DNA of 63,848 nt, counting the filler, from Piptocephalis cylindrospora (Eukaryota), in NCBI GenBank assembly GCA_003614145.1. It is 24 parts of 24 records of this genome, joined end to end, with 100 filler letters (N's around TTAATTAATTAA, not from the genome) between each part and the next. Parts side by side here need not be neighbours in the genome. Positions count along the whole stretch, not along the records: positions 10,819 to 13,411 come from KZ988911.1; positions 13,512 to 16,093 come from KZ988913.1; positions 16,194 to 18,773 come from KZ988914.1; positions 18,874 to 21,453 come from KZ988915.1; positions 21,554 to 24,129 come from KZ988916.1; 19 more parts are not named here. One strand, 5' to 3'. The notes under the pieces are model-generated. The model saw only the letters and a list, made by a program, of their open reading frames with translations, did no database searches and was not told where the DNA came from. The position numbers and the translations under genes were made by a program. Below, piece after piece: positions 11,550-24,129 of the stretch (position 1 is its first letter; every line of letters begins with the position of its first letter).

Positions 11550-12713
11550 TTAAAAATCAAGGGCCTTGGGTTGCTCCCAGGGAAACTCCTCGCGTCCAAA
11601 GTGACCGTAGCAGGCGGTCTTGAGGTAGATGGGACGCATGAGACCGAGTTCCTTGACGATGACACCAGGACGAAGATCCCAGTTGGAGTTGATGATGCGG
11701 ATGAGGTCGGCGTTGGACTTGGTGCCGGTGCCGTAGGTGTCAACAAAGATGGAGAGGGGCTCGGCGACACCGATGGCATAGGAGAGCTGGACGAGGCAGC
11801 GGGAGGCGAGGCCGGCGGCGACGAGGGACTTTGCGATCCACCGACTGGTGTAGGCAGCGGACCGATCGACCTTACTCCAGTCCTTGCCACTAAAGGCACC
11901 TCCACCATGGGCACCCCAGCCTCCGTAGGTGTCGACGATGATCTTACGGCCGGTGAGACCGGCATCTCCCTGGGGACCACCGATGATGAACATGCCCGAG
12001 GGCTGAAGATGGTACTTGGTGTCGGGGGTGAGGAGCTTGGCGGGGATGACATGGTCGATGACGCGTTCACGCAGGGCCAGACGGATCTTCTCGTTGGAGA
12101 GGCCCTCGGCGGGCTGGGTGGAGATGACGATGGTGTCGACGCGAATGGGGATGGTGCGACCACCCTCTTGACGGTACTCGACGGTGACCTGAGTCTTGGA
12201 GTCGGGTCGGAGCCAGTCGAGCTCGCCGCTCCTCCGAAGCTGGGCCATACGGGCATTGAGCTGGTGGGAGAGGACGGCGGTGAGGGGCATGAGCTCGGGG
12301 GTCTCGTCAGTGGCATAACCGAACATGATACCCTGATCACCGGCACCATGGTCGGCCAGGTCATCGGAATTCTGGACGAGACCCTGGGCAATTTCGGGGG
12401 ACTGTTGCTCAATGGCGACGAGGACATTGCAAGTCTTGTAGTCAAAGCCCTTGGAGGAGTCATCGTAGCCGATGGCCTTGACGGTGTCGCGGATGATCCT
12501 CTGGTAGTCGAGGACGGCCTTGGTGGTGATCTCGCCGAGGACCATGATCATACCGGTCTTGGCCGCGGTTTCGCAGGCGACCTTGGAGGTGGGGTCCTGC
12601 TCGAGACAGGCATCGAGGATGGCATCGGAAATCTGGTCGCACATCTTGTCGGGGTGGCCCTCACCGACCGATTCGGAGGTGAAGAGAAAGGTTTCCGAGG
12701 AGTTGGCGTGCAT
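11550..12713 (-). CDS. SAM1: S-adenosylmethionine synthetase (complete, intronless)
   Basis: [42 protein letters not shown] and YGHFGR signatures. Confidence 0.99.
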   Translation of the reverse strand: MHANSSETFLFTSESVGEGHPDKMCDQISDAILDACLEQDPTSKVACETAAKTGMIMVLGEITTKAVLDYQRIIRDTVKAIGYDDSSKGFDYKTCNVLVAIEQQSPEIAQGLVQNSDDLADHGAGDQGIMFGYATDETPELMPLTAVLSHQLNARMAQLRRSGELDWLRPDSKTQVTVEYRQEGGRTIPIRVDTIVISTQPAEGLSNEKIRLALRERVIDHVIPAKLLTPDTKYHLQPSGMFIIGGPQGDAGLTGRKIIVDTYGGWGAHGGGAFSGKDWSKVDRSAAYTSRWIAKSLVAAGLASRCLVQLSYAIGVAEPLSIFVDTYGTGTKSNADLIRIINSNWDLRPGVIVKELGLMRPIYLKTACYGHFGREEFPWEQPKALDF

Positions 12714-13719
12714 TGTATGTGGATGGGGGGAGGGGGGGAAGGGGGATACAGAGGGGGGGGGTTGGGATGAGCAATAGCCGAGTAGGTACGGGAGGAGAAT
12801 GAGAGATAGGGGGAAGGAAGGGGAGAAGGAAAGGAAGAGGAGGAGGAGGGGAAGGCACGAGTGTACTGAGGCACGGGTGTACTTATACCTTTCTCCTCTT
12901 CATCCTGCTTATCTCATTAACAAAAGGGGAGGGGGGAGGGGATCCGTTGTACAATGGTGGTGCTGCAATGTGCGTCTTCTGCAGACGAGGAAGGATGATG
13001 TGATCACACTGCTACCGCTGACCCATATCCTATGAGAGACGGGGAATAGCGTTAAAAAAAAAGAACATATGGGGAGAGAGACGGGGGCGGCAGGGTAAAG
13101 GGAGAGGTCCTCCTCTCCTCTCCCACCTTGATACACCCACTGTGGGAGGGTAGGGGGCTCGGATGGCCAATGCTAGTCCCCTTTTTCACTGTGAATCCAC
13201 GGTCACTGTCTACAGTGTATGCGCGCGCGCGCGCGCGCAAGCAAGGCCTTCCCCTCAGTCCATGATGGTGAATGAGTGTCATGTCTTTACTGCAAAGTAT
13301 GGGCTGTGTAAAATCACGCGCACTTCCATCCCACTGACTCGCTCAGCCCACCGGATGAATGAGACACTGGGCTGAGGGTAGAGAAAAAAAGTGGTGTTCA
13401 GACACACACACNNNNNNNNNNNNNNNNNNNNNNNNNNNNNNNNNNNNNNNNNNNNTTAATTAATTAANNNNNNNNNNNNNNNNNNNNNNNNNNNNNNNNN
13501 NNNNNNNNNNNGCTAACAACACCATCACTCCACCAACTGGGTGGGAGGAAGATGGGGGCTGTGATGGCGCACTCTAACTCACTTATGTATGGTGGAGGTG
13601 CAGTGAAGTGAGGCGAGGCGGGATGGGGCGATAGACGATGGTGCTGTTTCAAGATCTGAGTTTTAGGTTATATTGCTTTGAGAAATGGAGATACTGATGG
13701 GAGGAACCCTAATAGCTGT

Positions 13720-13753
<34 letters not shown>

Positions 13754-16015
13754 CTATTGAGGAAGGGGGGGTGGATTGAGCGACCGGATGTGGATAAGGA
13801 TGATCATCAAGGTCTAGTGCCCCATAGGAGGCTGAAAGGAAGGGATCAGACGCCGCGGCGTAAGATCATGAGACGTGGTTCCTCCTCACTATGTTTTTGG
13901 GCATTCATTGTAACTGGTCATTTCCCTGCCCTGACGTGCCCTAGGAGCCACTCTGACATGCTTGGTGGGCGAGTAGGGTCTGATCTATTTCTATCCTGGG
14001 ACAGATGATAATGGACGTCTAGTCTGGATCATCCGACTCGTCACCTCTGCAAGTGCAAGGCTCACACGGTCTCGGCCGTTGAGGGAATGAGACACTTGAA
14101 TTCTCCTTGATCTTTTCGTATCCCGACTCTTACTCCTTCAGACATGGTATTCTCTTGATTGGTTGCAAGATACTTTTTTGTCGGACTGACGGCAGAGATG
14201 ATGACTCGGTGGCGGGTATGTGCGGGAGGAGCTGAGGCCTAAAAGGTTGTGTGTGAGTGTGAACGAGGAGTGAATGAATGCATGTGTGTATGTGTGTGGG
14301 AGGAAACCTCCTGCACTGGTAGCGGCAGTAGCAGGCTAACACAGTTACACTATTTCAAGAATGCCACACACACACTACTTATGACCGACGACCGCCTAGC
14401 GTCCCTAGATCCATGGCTAATCTCGATTGGTGTCTGGTGTATATCATTCTTAAAGACTTGGCAGGATTTGTGTGCGCGTGTTTGTGTGATACCTGCCTAT
14501 TCACTACCACCGGTGTTTATGCACACTGCATGCCCAGCATCCCGTGGTTCACTTGCCTTTTGTGGGGAGATGGAAAGGAGTGTGAAATGCGGTAGGGGTG
14601 AATGGGAGAGAGATCAGGGTGTGCGCGTGTCCCCCTTTTCTTTCTCTCCCTTTCTCCTCTCTCAGGTGCAGTCGACTTGGATTCATCCATGCGCCCAATG
14701 AGCCAGGATGAGGTCGTACTCGAGTAAAACCCTGGAAACGGATGTCCAATCTATTTACCCGAGAGGAAGGGTCAAGGTCAGTATACAATGGCCTCTTCAA
14801 TAAGCAGCTCAAACACGGTGGTACCATCCCTTCCACACCGGACTATGGGTGCGTAAGGAAAAATGGGGACGACTCTAGGCTGAGTTAAGCTGGGCTATGT
14901 AGGGAATCTGGGAGAAGGAAAGGCGGTTGATGTGACACGCTACTCCATCCCCTATCCTTGGCTCTCGTTGTAGACGCTCCTTGGTGCGTTTGAAGGGGGT
15001 GGGGGGCGGAGTGTATCGGATGAGGATGGTCCTTGGATAACCCCCCTTCCTCTCCCCTTTTCCCCTACCCAATGGTCAAACCTCATCTGGATGAGGAAGG
15101 GGGGGGAATGGACGGCATGGATCAATCCCAGACCATCTTGCACGTTTCTCCCCACTCACCTGATGGGGCGAGGTCTTTAGGGTGAGGGGGAGCACAGGAG
15201 AAGAGAACAGAGCCCAGTATACCAAGGTGCACTGGTAGCACTAGGTCATTGGTCAAAGACCCCGGTCGATCGTAGGGGCGGGGGGAATGGCGGATGTGAG
15301 GGAATGAGAGGGATATGAGATGGGAGATGGAGGCAGATAGACCACCCCCCCCCAATCTGTACCCTGGGTAGGGTATCGGACTCATCCTGGTGGTGTGCGG
15401 ATGATGGGAGTCTGGGTGTGTGTATTGTTTAAGCAAGTGGGATGGGATGGGAGCGGGGATATGAGATGAGGTAAGGTAGACCCCATAGTGGCGGGTGATC
15501 TATGGCGCACAAGAAGCCCCAGGATCCCCATTCCATTTGCCCTCTCTCAAGCGAGCTGGTGGCGGCGGCGGCGGCAGCTCATCTCATCCCAGCTCATCCC
15601 ATGTCCCGCCCACTCTCACTCCCCGCCCGCCCGCCCGCCCTCCTTGTCACAAAATGCGCCATAACCCACTCCACCTCCTCTGTATAAAGACTGCTCTGGT
15701 CGGGGACTTTGCCGAGCTTTTCCCCAATTGCTTGCTCACTGATCCCAATTCTCTCTCCGTCTCTCTCCGTCTCTTCGCTACCACTATCATCCACATCGTC
15801 TGTGGTATCCTTTCCTCCCTTTCCTTTCTCCTTCCCTCCATTCCTTTTTTCCCTCCCTCTCTCTCTCTCAAAGCTCGTCCGTCCTGGGCGATCTTTCCTT
15901 GCCTTCTCCCTTTTCCCAGCTCAACGTCTACTCCCTCGTTCAGCCCACCATCCTCTAACCCACACACATATACGCACACCACACACTTTCGCCTCCTCTG
16001 TCATCCTTCCCCAGT

Positions 16016-16080
16016 ATGGACGAGCACCTTTCCTATGAATTTGCTCAAGTGCGACAAGAACGGGTCAATCGAAGTAGTCT
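16016..16080 (+). CDS. First coding exon of an unidentified gene
   Basis: ATG follows a TATA-like TATAAA (~15683) and a CT-rich leader. MDEHLSYEFAQVRQERVNRSS is followed by a GTAAGT donor at 16081. Confidence 0.5.
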
Positions 16081-16256
16081 GTAAGTTGTCTCTNNNNNNN
16101 NNNNNNNNNNNNNNNNNNNNNNNNNNNNNNNNNNNNNTTAATTAATTAANNNNNNNNNNNNNNNNNNNNNNNNNNNNNNNNNNNNNNNNNNNNAACTCAC
16201 TTGTACCAACCATTCACGGGTCACTATCATACTTTCCACATCCCCTCCACCCTTAG

Positions 16257-16657
16257 GCTTGGCCATTTTTATCGAGATATCGGCTTCTTTGTATGGCATT
16301 GTATTTTTCATCATCTTTGTCTGCCGCCCCTCCGTCTTGAAAGAATGGCTGGAATTGGGCCGTCGACTGCTTAAACCATGGAGGAGGGAGGGGAGGAAGG
16401 GAAGTGGCGGGGGCTGGGAAGGTCCTGGTGGGAGATTACATCCCGAGCGAGTAAACGACGAAGAACGAGCGGAAGGAGCCAGGCCTTCCCTTGGGTCGCC
16501 AACCATATCCCCTCACAGTCCTCCCGTTGGAAGTTCCAGAACTCTTATCTCGACCCCTCTCCCGGAAGAGGAGGGTGAGAGAAAGATTTCTCTATCCGAG
16601 GCACTTACCATGATCCAAACTAGATCCTCAGCCGATACCGACCACGATAATGAATAA
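16257..16657 (+). CDS. Last exon of a membrane protein, possibly 7TM/GPCR-like TM7 plus cytosolic tail
   Basis: After an AG acceptor: LAIFIEISASLYGIVFFIIFVCRPSVLKEWLELGRRLL (TM plus amphipathic helix), then an S/T/P-rich tail. Confidence 0.5.
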
Positions 16658-17916
16658 AGCTTCTTGATCCCTCGTCTTTCCTCTATCAAGATGATGGAGG
16701 AATGATGGGGAAGAGTGAATATCATGGCCAGAGGTAACCTGTGCACATCTTGCCCTATATACACTGTATGTTAAAAGTATAGATCCGGTGTCATTAAAAA
16801 ACCTCATATGATATAGTTTTTATTAAGTCCCTAATATTTTGGAGCTTGGGTACTTATCAAAAATATAGACCTGGTGTACTGTAGAACACATTCCGCATGA
16901 TCTCCCATGTGAAAGCGAAAAGAGGATAATGTGTTGCATAGCCCTTTATAACACGGATCCAAGGCGAAAGAGAATATCCATAGAGGGTAACGCCAACTCT
17001 GGTAGGTGGGCTGATAAACTGAAAGGTTTTTAAAGTCAAGCTCTGAAAATCAAAGTTAGGAGATCAGAAAGAGAGAAAATGACTGAGACGTGGTGTCCTC
17101 GAGGATTAAATTCGTGATACTAGCATGATGGTAGATCCTTAACCGCTGGATTATCCTCTCCCCTTCGTATAGGATAGATGAAGGGTGAATCTGGTGATCG
17201 GGGATTCAAGATGGTCACTTCAACTATTCGCCCCTATCTTCCGACCCTTCATGCTAAATTGGCTCTAGATAATCTAATATATCCACCCACTTATTAGTAT
17301 CTGCTGTCCTCCCAAAATCACATACTTTTAGTATCTTCAATAGGCGGGGAATTGAAAAGTAAATTCCCTTGGATCACATATCGGTTATGTAGACTCATTT
17401 GGAATCAATACCATTGCCATGATCAGTCTAGGGGTACTTTCCGTGTGAGCTCTTCAATGGATAGATGTTGAACATGCAGAAAATTCGGAAAATGATGTTA
17501 ATGTCCTCAAGAGGGGGGTGGTGCAGCATAGGGGGTAGATTGCTGCATTAAGAATATCCTAATTGTCTATTTAAATCCCACCACCCCCACCTGCCTTTCT
17601 ACCTGCCCCTACCATATCATGCTCATAGCTCAAGGCGCTTATCTTCCTCACTCTTCTCTAGCTGTCTCTCGGACATTAAGTTCTATAAGATAATGCGTTA
17701 TTCAACAGTAATATCCTAAAAGTATATGGTTTATACTGTAACAACTTGGAAGTCATTGTGCCAACCATATGTATCGAATGCCTGTGGGAAATCCCAAAGG
17801 ATAAGGGCTAAAACGAGGAAGGGCTGAACTTTAGACGGTCATTTCCAATGCATTTATCTCTACCTAATAATTAGACCTTTAGCAATATGATTTAATAACG
17901 TTACACAAAAGATAGT

Positions 17917-18444
17917 TTAATCTCGAACGGCTTCTTCCTCTCTCACCTCCTTCTCGACTGCTTTGTTGGGTTTGGCGCCGGACTTGTCCTGAGCAAAAGT
18001 ATCACTAGCTAGAGCCTTCCAATTAAATACCTCATGTTGGGGATTGCAGAGCAGCCGTCGTTCCTTTTCGCAGTACATACACGTCCGGATGATGGCCTTG
18101 CCACCCTTTCCTATGGATAAAGGAAGGGATGAACAGACGCTGGATGTAGGGGCTCCCTAATCCACCCAATCCCTTCACTTACGTGTTAACCGTGTTCGCA
18201 GGGTGAATCCTTCGATTAGATGAGTATGGCATGCCCTACAATATTGACGCTTCACAGAGGGGTCCGCACGAAGGGTAGATCTCTTCCTCACGGAGTCCAT
18301 ATCCCTACCCAAGCTCCGGGACAACGGGGCAAAATGGGGACCAGCGAGGGTGAGGAGGGTAGATGCTTGGTGGAGGAAGTTGAGGCGTTGGTATAACTCT
18401 AGGTTATGTGTGCTCTTTCCGCCACAGTCCTTCTTCTTGGCCAT
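17917..18444 (-). CDS. RPR2: RNase P subunit Rpr2/Rpp21 family (exons 18444-18183, 18110-17917)
   Basis: YQRLNFLHQAS, LSRSLG, DPSVKRQYCRACH and IRTCMYC (4-Cys zinc ribbon), followed by RRLLCNP. Confidence 0.9.
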
Positions 18445-18873
18445 CTTGTGTCGTCTGTTCGTGATGGAGGAGGTAGGGAAAAGAAAGACAGTCGAAGAGA
18501 GTGTGGGCTGAGCCTGAGTAGACTTTGTGGAATCCTACAATGTGTGGTGAGGCTGTAATAATGAGATATCGCGGCAAGTCTGACCTGCAGGGATCGTGCA
18601 TTAATAGTGAATATACCGATTCATGGACTCTAGTCTAGCAGATGGCCTGTAATCGCCCTTCTGGGCCTTTATTCCCACATGGTATACACTCTGCGACTTA
18701 AGGAGAAAGTAAGAGGGAGGAGGGGATGTGGAAAGTATGATAGTGACCCGTGAATGGTTGGTACAAGTGAGTTNNNNNNNNNNNNNNNNNNNNNNNNNNN
18801 NNNNNNNNNNNNNNNNNTTAATTAATTAANNNNNNNNNNNNNNNNNNNNNNNNNNNNNNNNNNNNNNNNNNNN

Positions 18874-21453
18874 GAGCGGATGCGTCGGGAATCGGAAAGG
18901 GAAGGGATCCGCCAAGCCCTCGAGAAGGTTATGCGGGTTCGGTTGCCCCGAGGTCATGTTGAAGAGACGTACAGCGATACATGGAATCTAGGTGCATATG
19001 GTCGGCTCCTTGGCCAAGGCGTTGGCGATGTGGAAGAGCAGAGTGAACTAAGAGGCCTGAAGGAAGGGGTTGTTTGGACTCGGGCCTGGCGTAGGACATT
19101 TAGTCTCGTGGTTCGGGCCCTTCAAGCCGGGGAAGCAGTCCTTCTTGTTGGAGAGACTGGGACAGGAAAGACAATGGTGAGTGAGGTGGTTGCTGGAGCC
19201 CTTGGCTGTGGGACCCCTGGGGATCGAACCGTCTCCCTTAGCGCCCATATGAACACTGAGACTGGAGATCTTCTTGGAGGTTTACGGCCAGTCAGGAAAG
19301 GAGGGGAAGATAATGAGGTCCAGGCTGACGAGGCTCGGCCCAAGGTTAAGGAGGGTTTATTTGAGTGGAAAGATGGACCATTGATTCAAGCTATGCGTCA
19401 GGGTCAACTCTTTCTCCTCGACGAAATCTCTCTAGCGGAGGATGCTGTTCTTGAACGATTAAACAGTGTTCTCGAGCCCGAAAGGCGCCTTTTTTTAGCG
19501 GAGAAGACACAAGGACCCGAGGAGGTGGTGGCTGCTTCTACCTTTGCCTTCTTGGCTACTATGAATCCTGGGGGCGATCACGGGAAGCGGGAGCTTTCCC
19601 CTGCATTGCGCAATCGATTTACCGAGATTTGGGTTCCTGCTGTGAGGGATTCCGATGATATCCAGGCCATTGCAGAGACCCGACTAGGAGGAGGTGCACG
19701 TGGAGAATTATGGGCTAGTCGAATGGTCCAGTTCATGACTTGGTTGATCAAGGGGACTGTGGGAGGAGGGGCGCAGCGGGAGGAGCAAGCCCCTTGGAGT
19801 GTCCGAGATATCCTTGCTTGGGTAGAGTTTATGCAGGCAATGGCGACCAAGGGCCATACTGGAGAGGTTGAGGAAGGGAAGGCATTTGTGCATGGAGGAA
19901 GTATGGTGTTTTTGGATGGAATTGGTAGTGAAGGGAGCATGATGAAAGGTGGAGGCCATGGCGAGGGCCTCCGAGAGGAAGGTGTGAGGCTATTAAGACG
20001 GCTTGCTGGAATTGACAGTCCATCCCCCAAGGGTAATTGCGAACAGGATAACGAACTATCTTGGAGAATAGTGAAGGGAGAGGAGGGTATCTCCTCTGGA
20101 GCATCCTTTACCCTTGGCTCCTTTTCCCTCCCCGTCGGGCCCCATCATCTGGAGGGTGACTCTGGCTCCTCCAAGTCTTTTGCTCTGGGCGCTCCTACCA
20201 CGCAAAATAACTTGATGAAGGTCATGAGATCCTTGCAAATTCAGGGCAAGGGCGTTCTCCTTGAAGGAAGTCCTGGAGTGGGAAAGACGTCTTTGATCAT
20301 GCACCTTGCCGCCCTTTCGGGCTACCGTTGCCTTCGAGTGAACCTCTCTGAACAGACCGATCTTGCCGATCTTTTTGGAGCCGATTTGCCCGTTGAATCT
20401 ACATCAGATGATGCTAGTGGTAAGTGAAGGGTGGTTTTTTGAAGGGTAGAATGGGTCCTTGAGGGGCTCGTCTTTTATCGGTATACTGGTAAGTACTCAT
20501 TTTCTTCTTATTAATTATTGATAGAGGAGGGCGTCAAGGATGGAATGCAGTTTGCTTGGCGGGATGCTCCTTTCCTCGCGGCGATGAGGGCAGGAGATTG
20601 GGTCTTACTTGATGAGGTCAACTTGGCAAGCCAGTCGGTCCTTGAGGGACTGAATGCTTGCCTGGATCACCGAACAGCCATCTACATTCCAGAGCTAGGA
20701 AGGACCTTCCGGGCTGGGAAGGGCTTTAGAGTGTTTGCCGCTCAGAATCCCGTAGGCGAAGGAGGCGGACGAAAGGGGTTGCCTAGATCCTTCCTGAATC
20801 GTTTTACCCAGGTTTGGGTGTCCGCCCTTGGAGGAGAGGATTACCGTGAGATCCTTCGATGTTCTTCCTCGGATCAAGGGGACGGAGAGTGGATTGAGCA
20901 AGTAATTACGTTTACGGATGCTGTGGCTCGATCCCTCCATGAGGGCCGTCTATATGGCGCAGGTGTGGAGTATAATCTCCGGGATGTGCATCGATGGGTA
21001 GAGCTGCGCAAACGAGGGGTTTGGGATCGGGAGGCCCTTGAAGTTATCTATGTGGCGCGTTTAGGTCGGAGTGCCGAACGATCAGAGATGCGTCGGTTGA
21101 TTCGAAAGACATTCTCTTCTGGTGAGGGTCAAGAAACTGAAGCGAAGGAGGAGAGAAGGCTTGAGAGACTGAATGCCCTTCCCCGAGTGGGCCGGAATGA
21201 GGATGGGGCGTGGACGCTAACACTGGGCGGAGGAGTCACCTTTTCTATTGAGAATGATGAGAATGATGAAACGGATATGGAGGAAAGACGAGGCTCCGTT
21301 GGGATCACCATTGCCCCTGGCACACGGCTACTCCCGGGTAGGATGAAGGAAGTGCAACGGCTTGGTGGAATTCTCGAGGAGGGATGGATGCCCATCCTCG
21401 GTGGAGGTCCTGGAAGTGGAAAAACCCGACTAGTTAGGGAGTTGGCCCACCTG
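18874..21453 (+). CDS. MDN1: Midasin AAA+ ATPase, internal fragment (intron 20420-20524)
   Basis: Tandem AAA modules: LLVGETGTGKT, FEWKDGPL, LLDEISLAEDAVLERLNSVLE, TMNPGGDHGKRELSPALRNRF, LLEGSPGVGKT, FAWRDAPFL and GGGRKGLPRSFLNRFT. Confidence 0.98.
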
Positions 21454-21553
21454 NNNNNNNNNNNNNNNNNNNNNNNNNNNNNNNNNNNNNNNNNNNNTTA
21501 ATTAATTAANNNNNNNNNNNNNNNNNNNNNNNNNNNNNNNNNNNNNNNNNNNN

Positions 21554-22260
21554 TGGGAAGAAGAGCTATATTGCCGTCCTTTCTGGGGCCAACATGGACT
21601 TTGATCGGTTACGCTTCGTTGCCGAGCGAGCTGAGCTGGGTGAGGGTCGGGAGGCCATGCTCTCCGTTGTTATCCCCGAAATCCCGGGAAGCTTCCTTTC
21701 CCTCCATACCGTCATTCATCCCAGGGCCATCTCGGAATTCTCTTACAGGTACTCCGATTCCGAAAGGGCCCACATTCTCCTCTCCATTGTCACCAAGAAT
21801 AGGGACGAGGAGGTCCCAGGAATCATTTCCCGTCTCCAGGAACAAGGCATGGAAGCCACAGATCTTTCCATGAACGAACTAGCCAAGACCCACGCCCGGT
21901 TCATGGTGGGCGGTCGAGGGAACATGGGGGCTGTCAAGGATGAGCGTCTCATCTCCTTTACCTTCCCCGAGAGGCCCGGAGCACTGAGAAAGTTTCTGAC
22001 CAACTTGGTCACCGGCTGGAACATCTCCCTCTTTCACTATAGAAACATCGGAGGAGGTAAGTGGCCTTGAGGGGTAGGAGGGCATGCACCTTACTCCATG
22101 TCTCCAACTCACCCATCTCATTCTAGACACCGCACGAGTTCTCGTGGGCATTCAGGTTCCAGCATCCGAGGATGCAGTCTTTGCCAACTTTTTGGAGCAG
22201 CTAGGCTACCCGTGGGTTGAGGAGACGAATAATTTGGTGTACCAACGCTTCCTGCGCTAA
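21554..22260 (+). CDS. ILV1: Threonine dehydratase (biosynthetic), C-terminal ACT regulatory domains (intron 22057-22126)
   Basis: LSGANMDFDRLRFVAERAELGE, NELAKTHARFMVGGR, FPERPGALRKFL, WNISLFHYRN and EETNNLVYQRFL*. Confidence 0.97.
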
Positions 22261-22912
22261 GTATAGACAAGTGATGATGATGATAAGACTAGTTTATTTT
22301 CCTTTAGTGGATGATGATAAAACCATTTTATTTTCCACAGTGGGGTAGGCGGATGGGCATCCGAACACAGTGTCTGATTTTCCTTTAGTGAAGCAGGCTG
22401 ATGCATATCCAAATAGACAAGCAGTGGTTGTTTTTATCTTTTTTAATAATGTATTTAACAAGACCATCGGTTGTTCCACATCATTTCACCAGAAAATATG
22501 CTTTTAAGAATTAAAGATATTATGTCCTCCCCTTCATCCTGGATCAAGGCAGTGTCCCTGAGTGCTCTTGGAATGCATACAGGTAGATGGACCCCAAGAA
22601 AAAGTATTGCCTCTCGCACCTGTCAAGACGCTATAGAATGATGTGATATCCATGGGGAACGGGATAGAGCTACAAGGATTGGTGGAATATGATCAGATAA
22701 ATGTGTGGCTTCATTGGCTGGGAGCTCCTCTTTCCATCCCACACTATTCTACTGGGAAGCACGAGTCAGTATACTAAGCATGGGGGAAGAGGATAAGGAT
22801 CCCGCGTAAATACCATTACTTAAGGAGATAGAGAGGGGCGGGGCGCTTCCTGACCTTTTCACTTGTCCCCTTCCCTCATTCATCCTTCTTATCACCCTTC
22901 CTGGACATACCC

Positions 22913-24129
22913 ATGACACGTACCTTTGGCATCTACTACGGTTCCCAGACGGGGAATGCCGAGCACATTGCTTCGACCATCCTACGGGATTCCTTGGCTC
23001 AGGGCTACAACACACACTGCGATAACCTCAAGGACCATGCCAAGGTACGCGTAGATGATCTCTGTGGAGGCAAAGGGACTTACCACTCACTTCCCATGAC
23101 AGACGGAATTCTCCACGGAAAAGCTCCTAGTCATCGTCGTATCCTCCACTGGGGACGGGGACCCTCCGGATGATATCCTCAAGTTCTGGCGCTGGCTCCG
23201 GAAGATCAAGGATGATCGTGCCTTTGCCCATACACGCTATGCCATTCTCGGTCTAGGTGATACTAATTACGATAACTTTTGCAATACCGCCAGAAGGCTG
23301 GAGAGACGTCTTATCGGTCTAGGCGCCACATCCTTTTATCCTATTGGCCTGGCTGACGATGCCACTGGCTTGGAGGAGGTAGTGGATCCTTGGATTGATG
23401 GTCTATGGGTTGCTTTAGAAAAGGCTCTTTCCCCCGGGTCTACCTCCGTGGAAGATGCGACCGTCCCGAAGGAGGCTCCCTCGGACGCTCCTTCCAAAGG
23501 GGAAAAGGAAGGTGATCAATCCTCCGTCTCCCAGACTCCCAATGGGGCGGAGAGTACACCGGATCAGGTTGTACCTTCCATCTCTGAAGGAAAGGAAGAA
23601 TCAGTCTCTTTGGCAGACAGTACTATTCCACTCCCTTCCATCCTTACTACAGCGGAAACTGTCGAGGAATCCAATCCATGGGCTGCTCATCCCATCGACA
23701 CCCAGATCCTTCGGGATACCTTGGCCAATGTCAATGAATTGACTTCAATCCCTAAGGCGCCGCCCATACGATGCGCCGTGCATTACATTATGCCCGATGC
23801 AGAAGAATCCAAGGAAGAGGGTCAGGAAAGAGAGGAACTGGCCCCCGAGGACCTCCATTATCAACACTGTCTTCCTCCTGGAGTCAAGGCCCCTTCTCTG
23901 GTCAAACTTCAATCCGCCCGGTGTCTCACCACTAAGGATGCAATTAAGCGTACACTTCATCTTGAATTAACCTCCCCGTTCGAAACCCTTCCTGGAGATG
24001 CCATTGGCATGCTTGTCCCCTCACCCAAAGACCTAGTTAAAGCCATTGCTACTCGTCTCGATCTCCCTTTGGACCAGGTTCTTCGAGTGGGGGGGAAGCC
24101 CTCTAATCTCGGCGCTCCTGCTATCGCTT
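22913..24129 (+). CDS. MTRR: Methionine synthase reductase (diflavin), FMN domain, hinge and start of FAD domain (intron 23045-23102)
   Basis: YGSQTGNA, VVSSTGDGDPPD, ILGLGDTNYDNFCN and GLADDATGLEEVVDPWIDGLW (MTRR-type). Long hinge, PGDAIG, and no N-terminal membrane anchor. Confidence 0.85.

Larger units (their letters stand above)
16194..18773. repeat. Exact 55-bp terminal inverted repeat (16194-16248 / 18719-18773), assembly k-mer overlap
   Basis: Both contig ends are reverse complements for exactly 55 nt. Confidence 0.85.

Noticed and set aside
11571..12770. Long antisense ORFs over SAM synthetase (also 59500-60474 over AVT3 and 8254-9507 over the CSD gene)
   Set aside because: Shadow ORFs caused by strong GC3 codon bias on the coding strand.
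16194..18773. Contig with terminal inverted repeats as a TIR transposon or linear plasmid carrying RPR2
   Set aside because: The repeat is exactly 55 nt like the other assembly overlaps, is intronic sequence, and there is no transposase or polymerase.
22310..22378. ATGATGA...CTGA as a C/D box snoRNA
   Set aside because: It sits in a TGA-repeat-rich 3' UTR, with no terminal stem or rRNA guide that I can recognise.
6479..24129. Methyltransferase + SAM synthetase + MTRR as a methyl-cycle gene cluster
   Set aside because: The genes lie on separate contigs ordered by length, so the adjacency is artificial.
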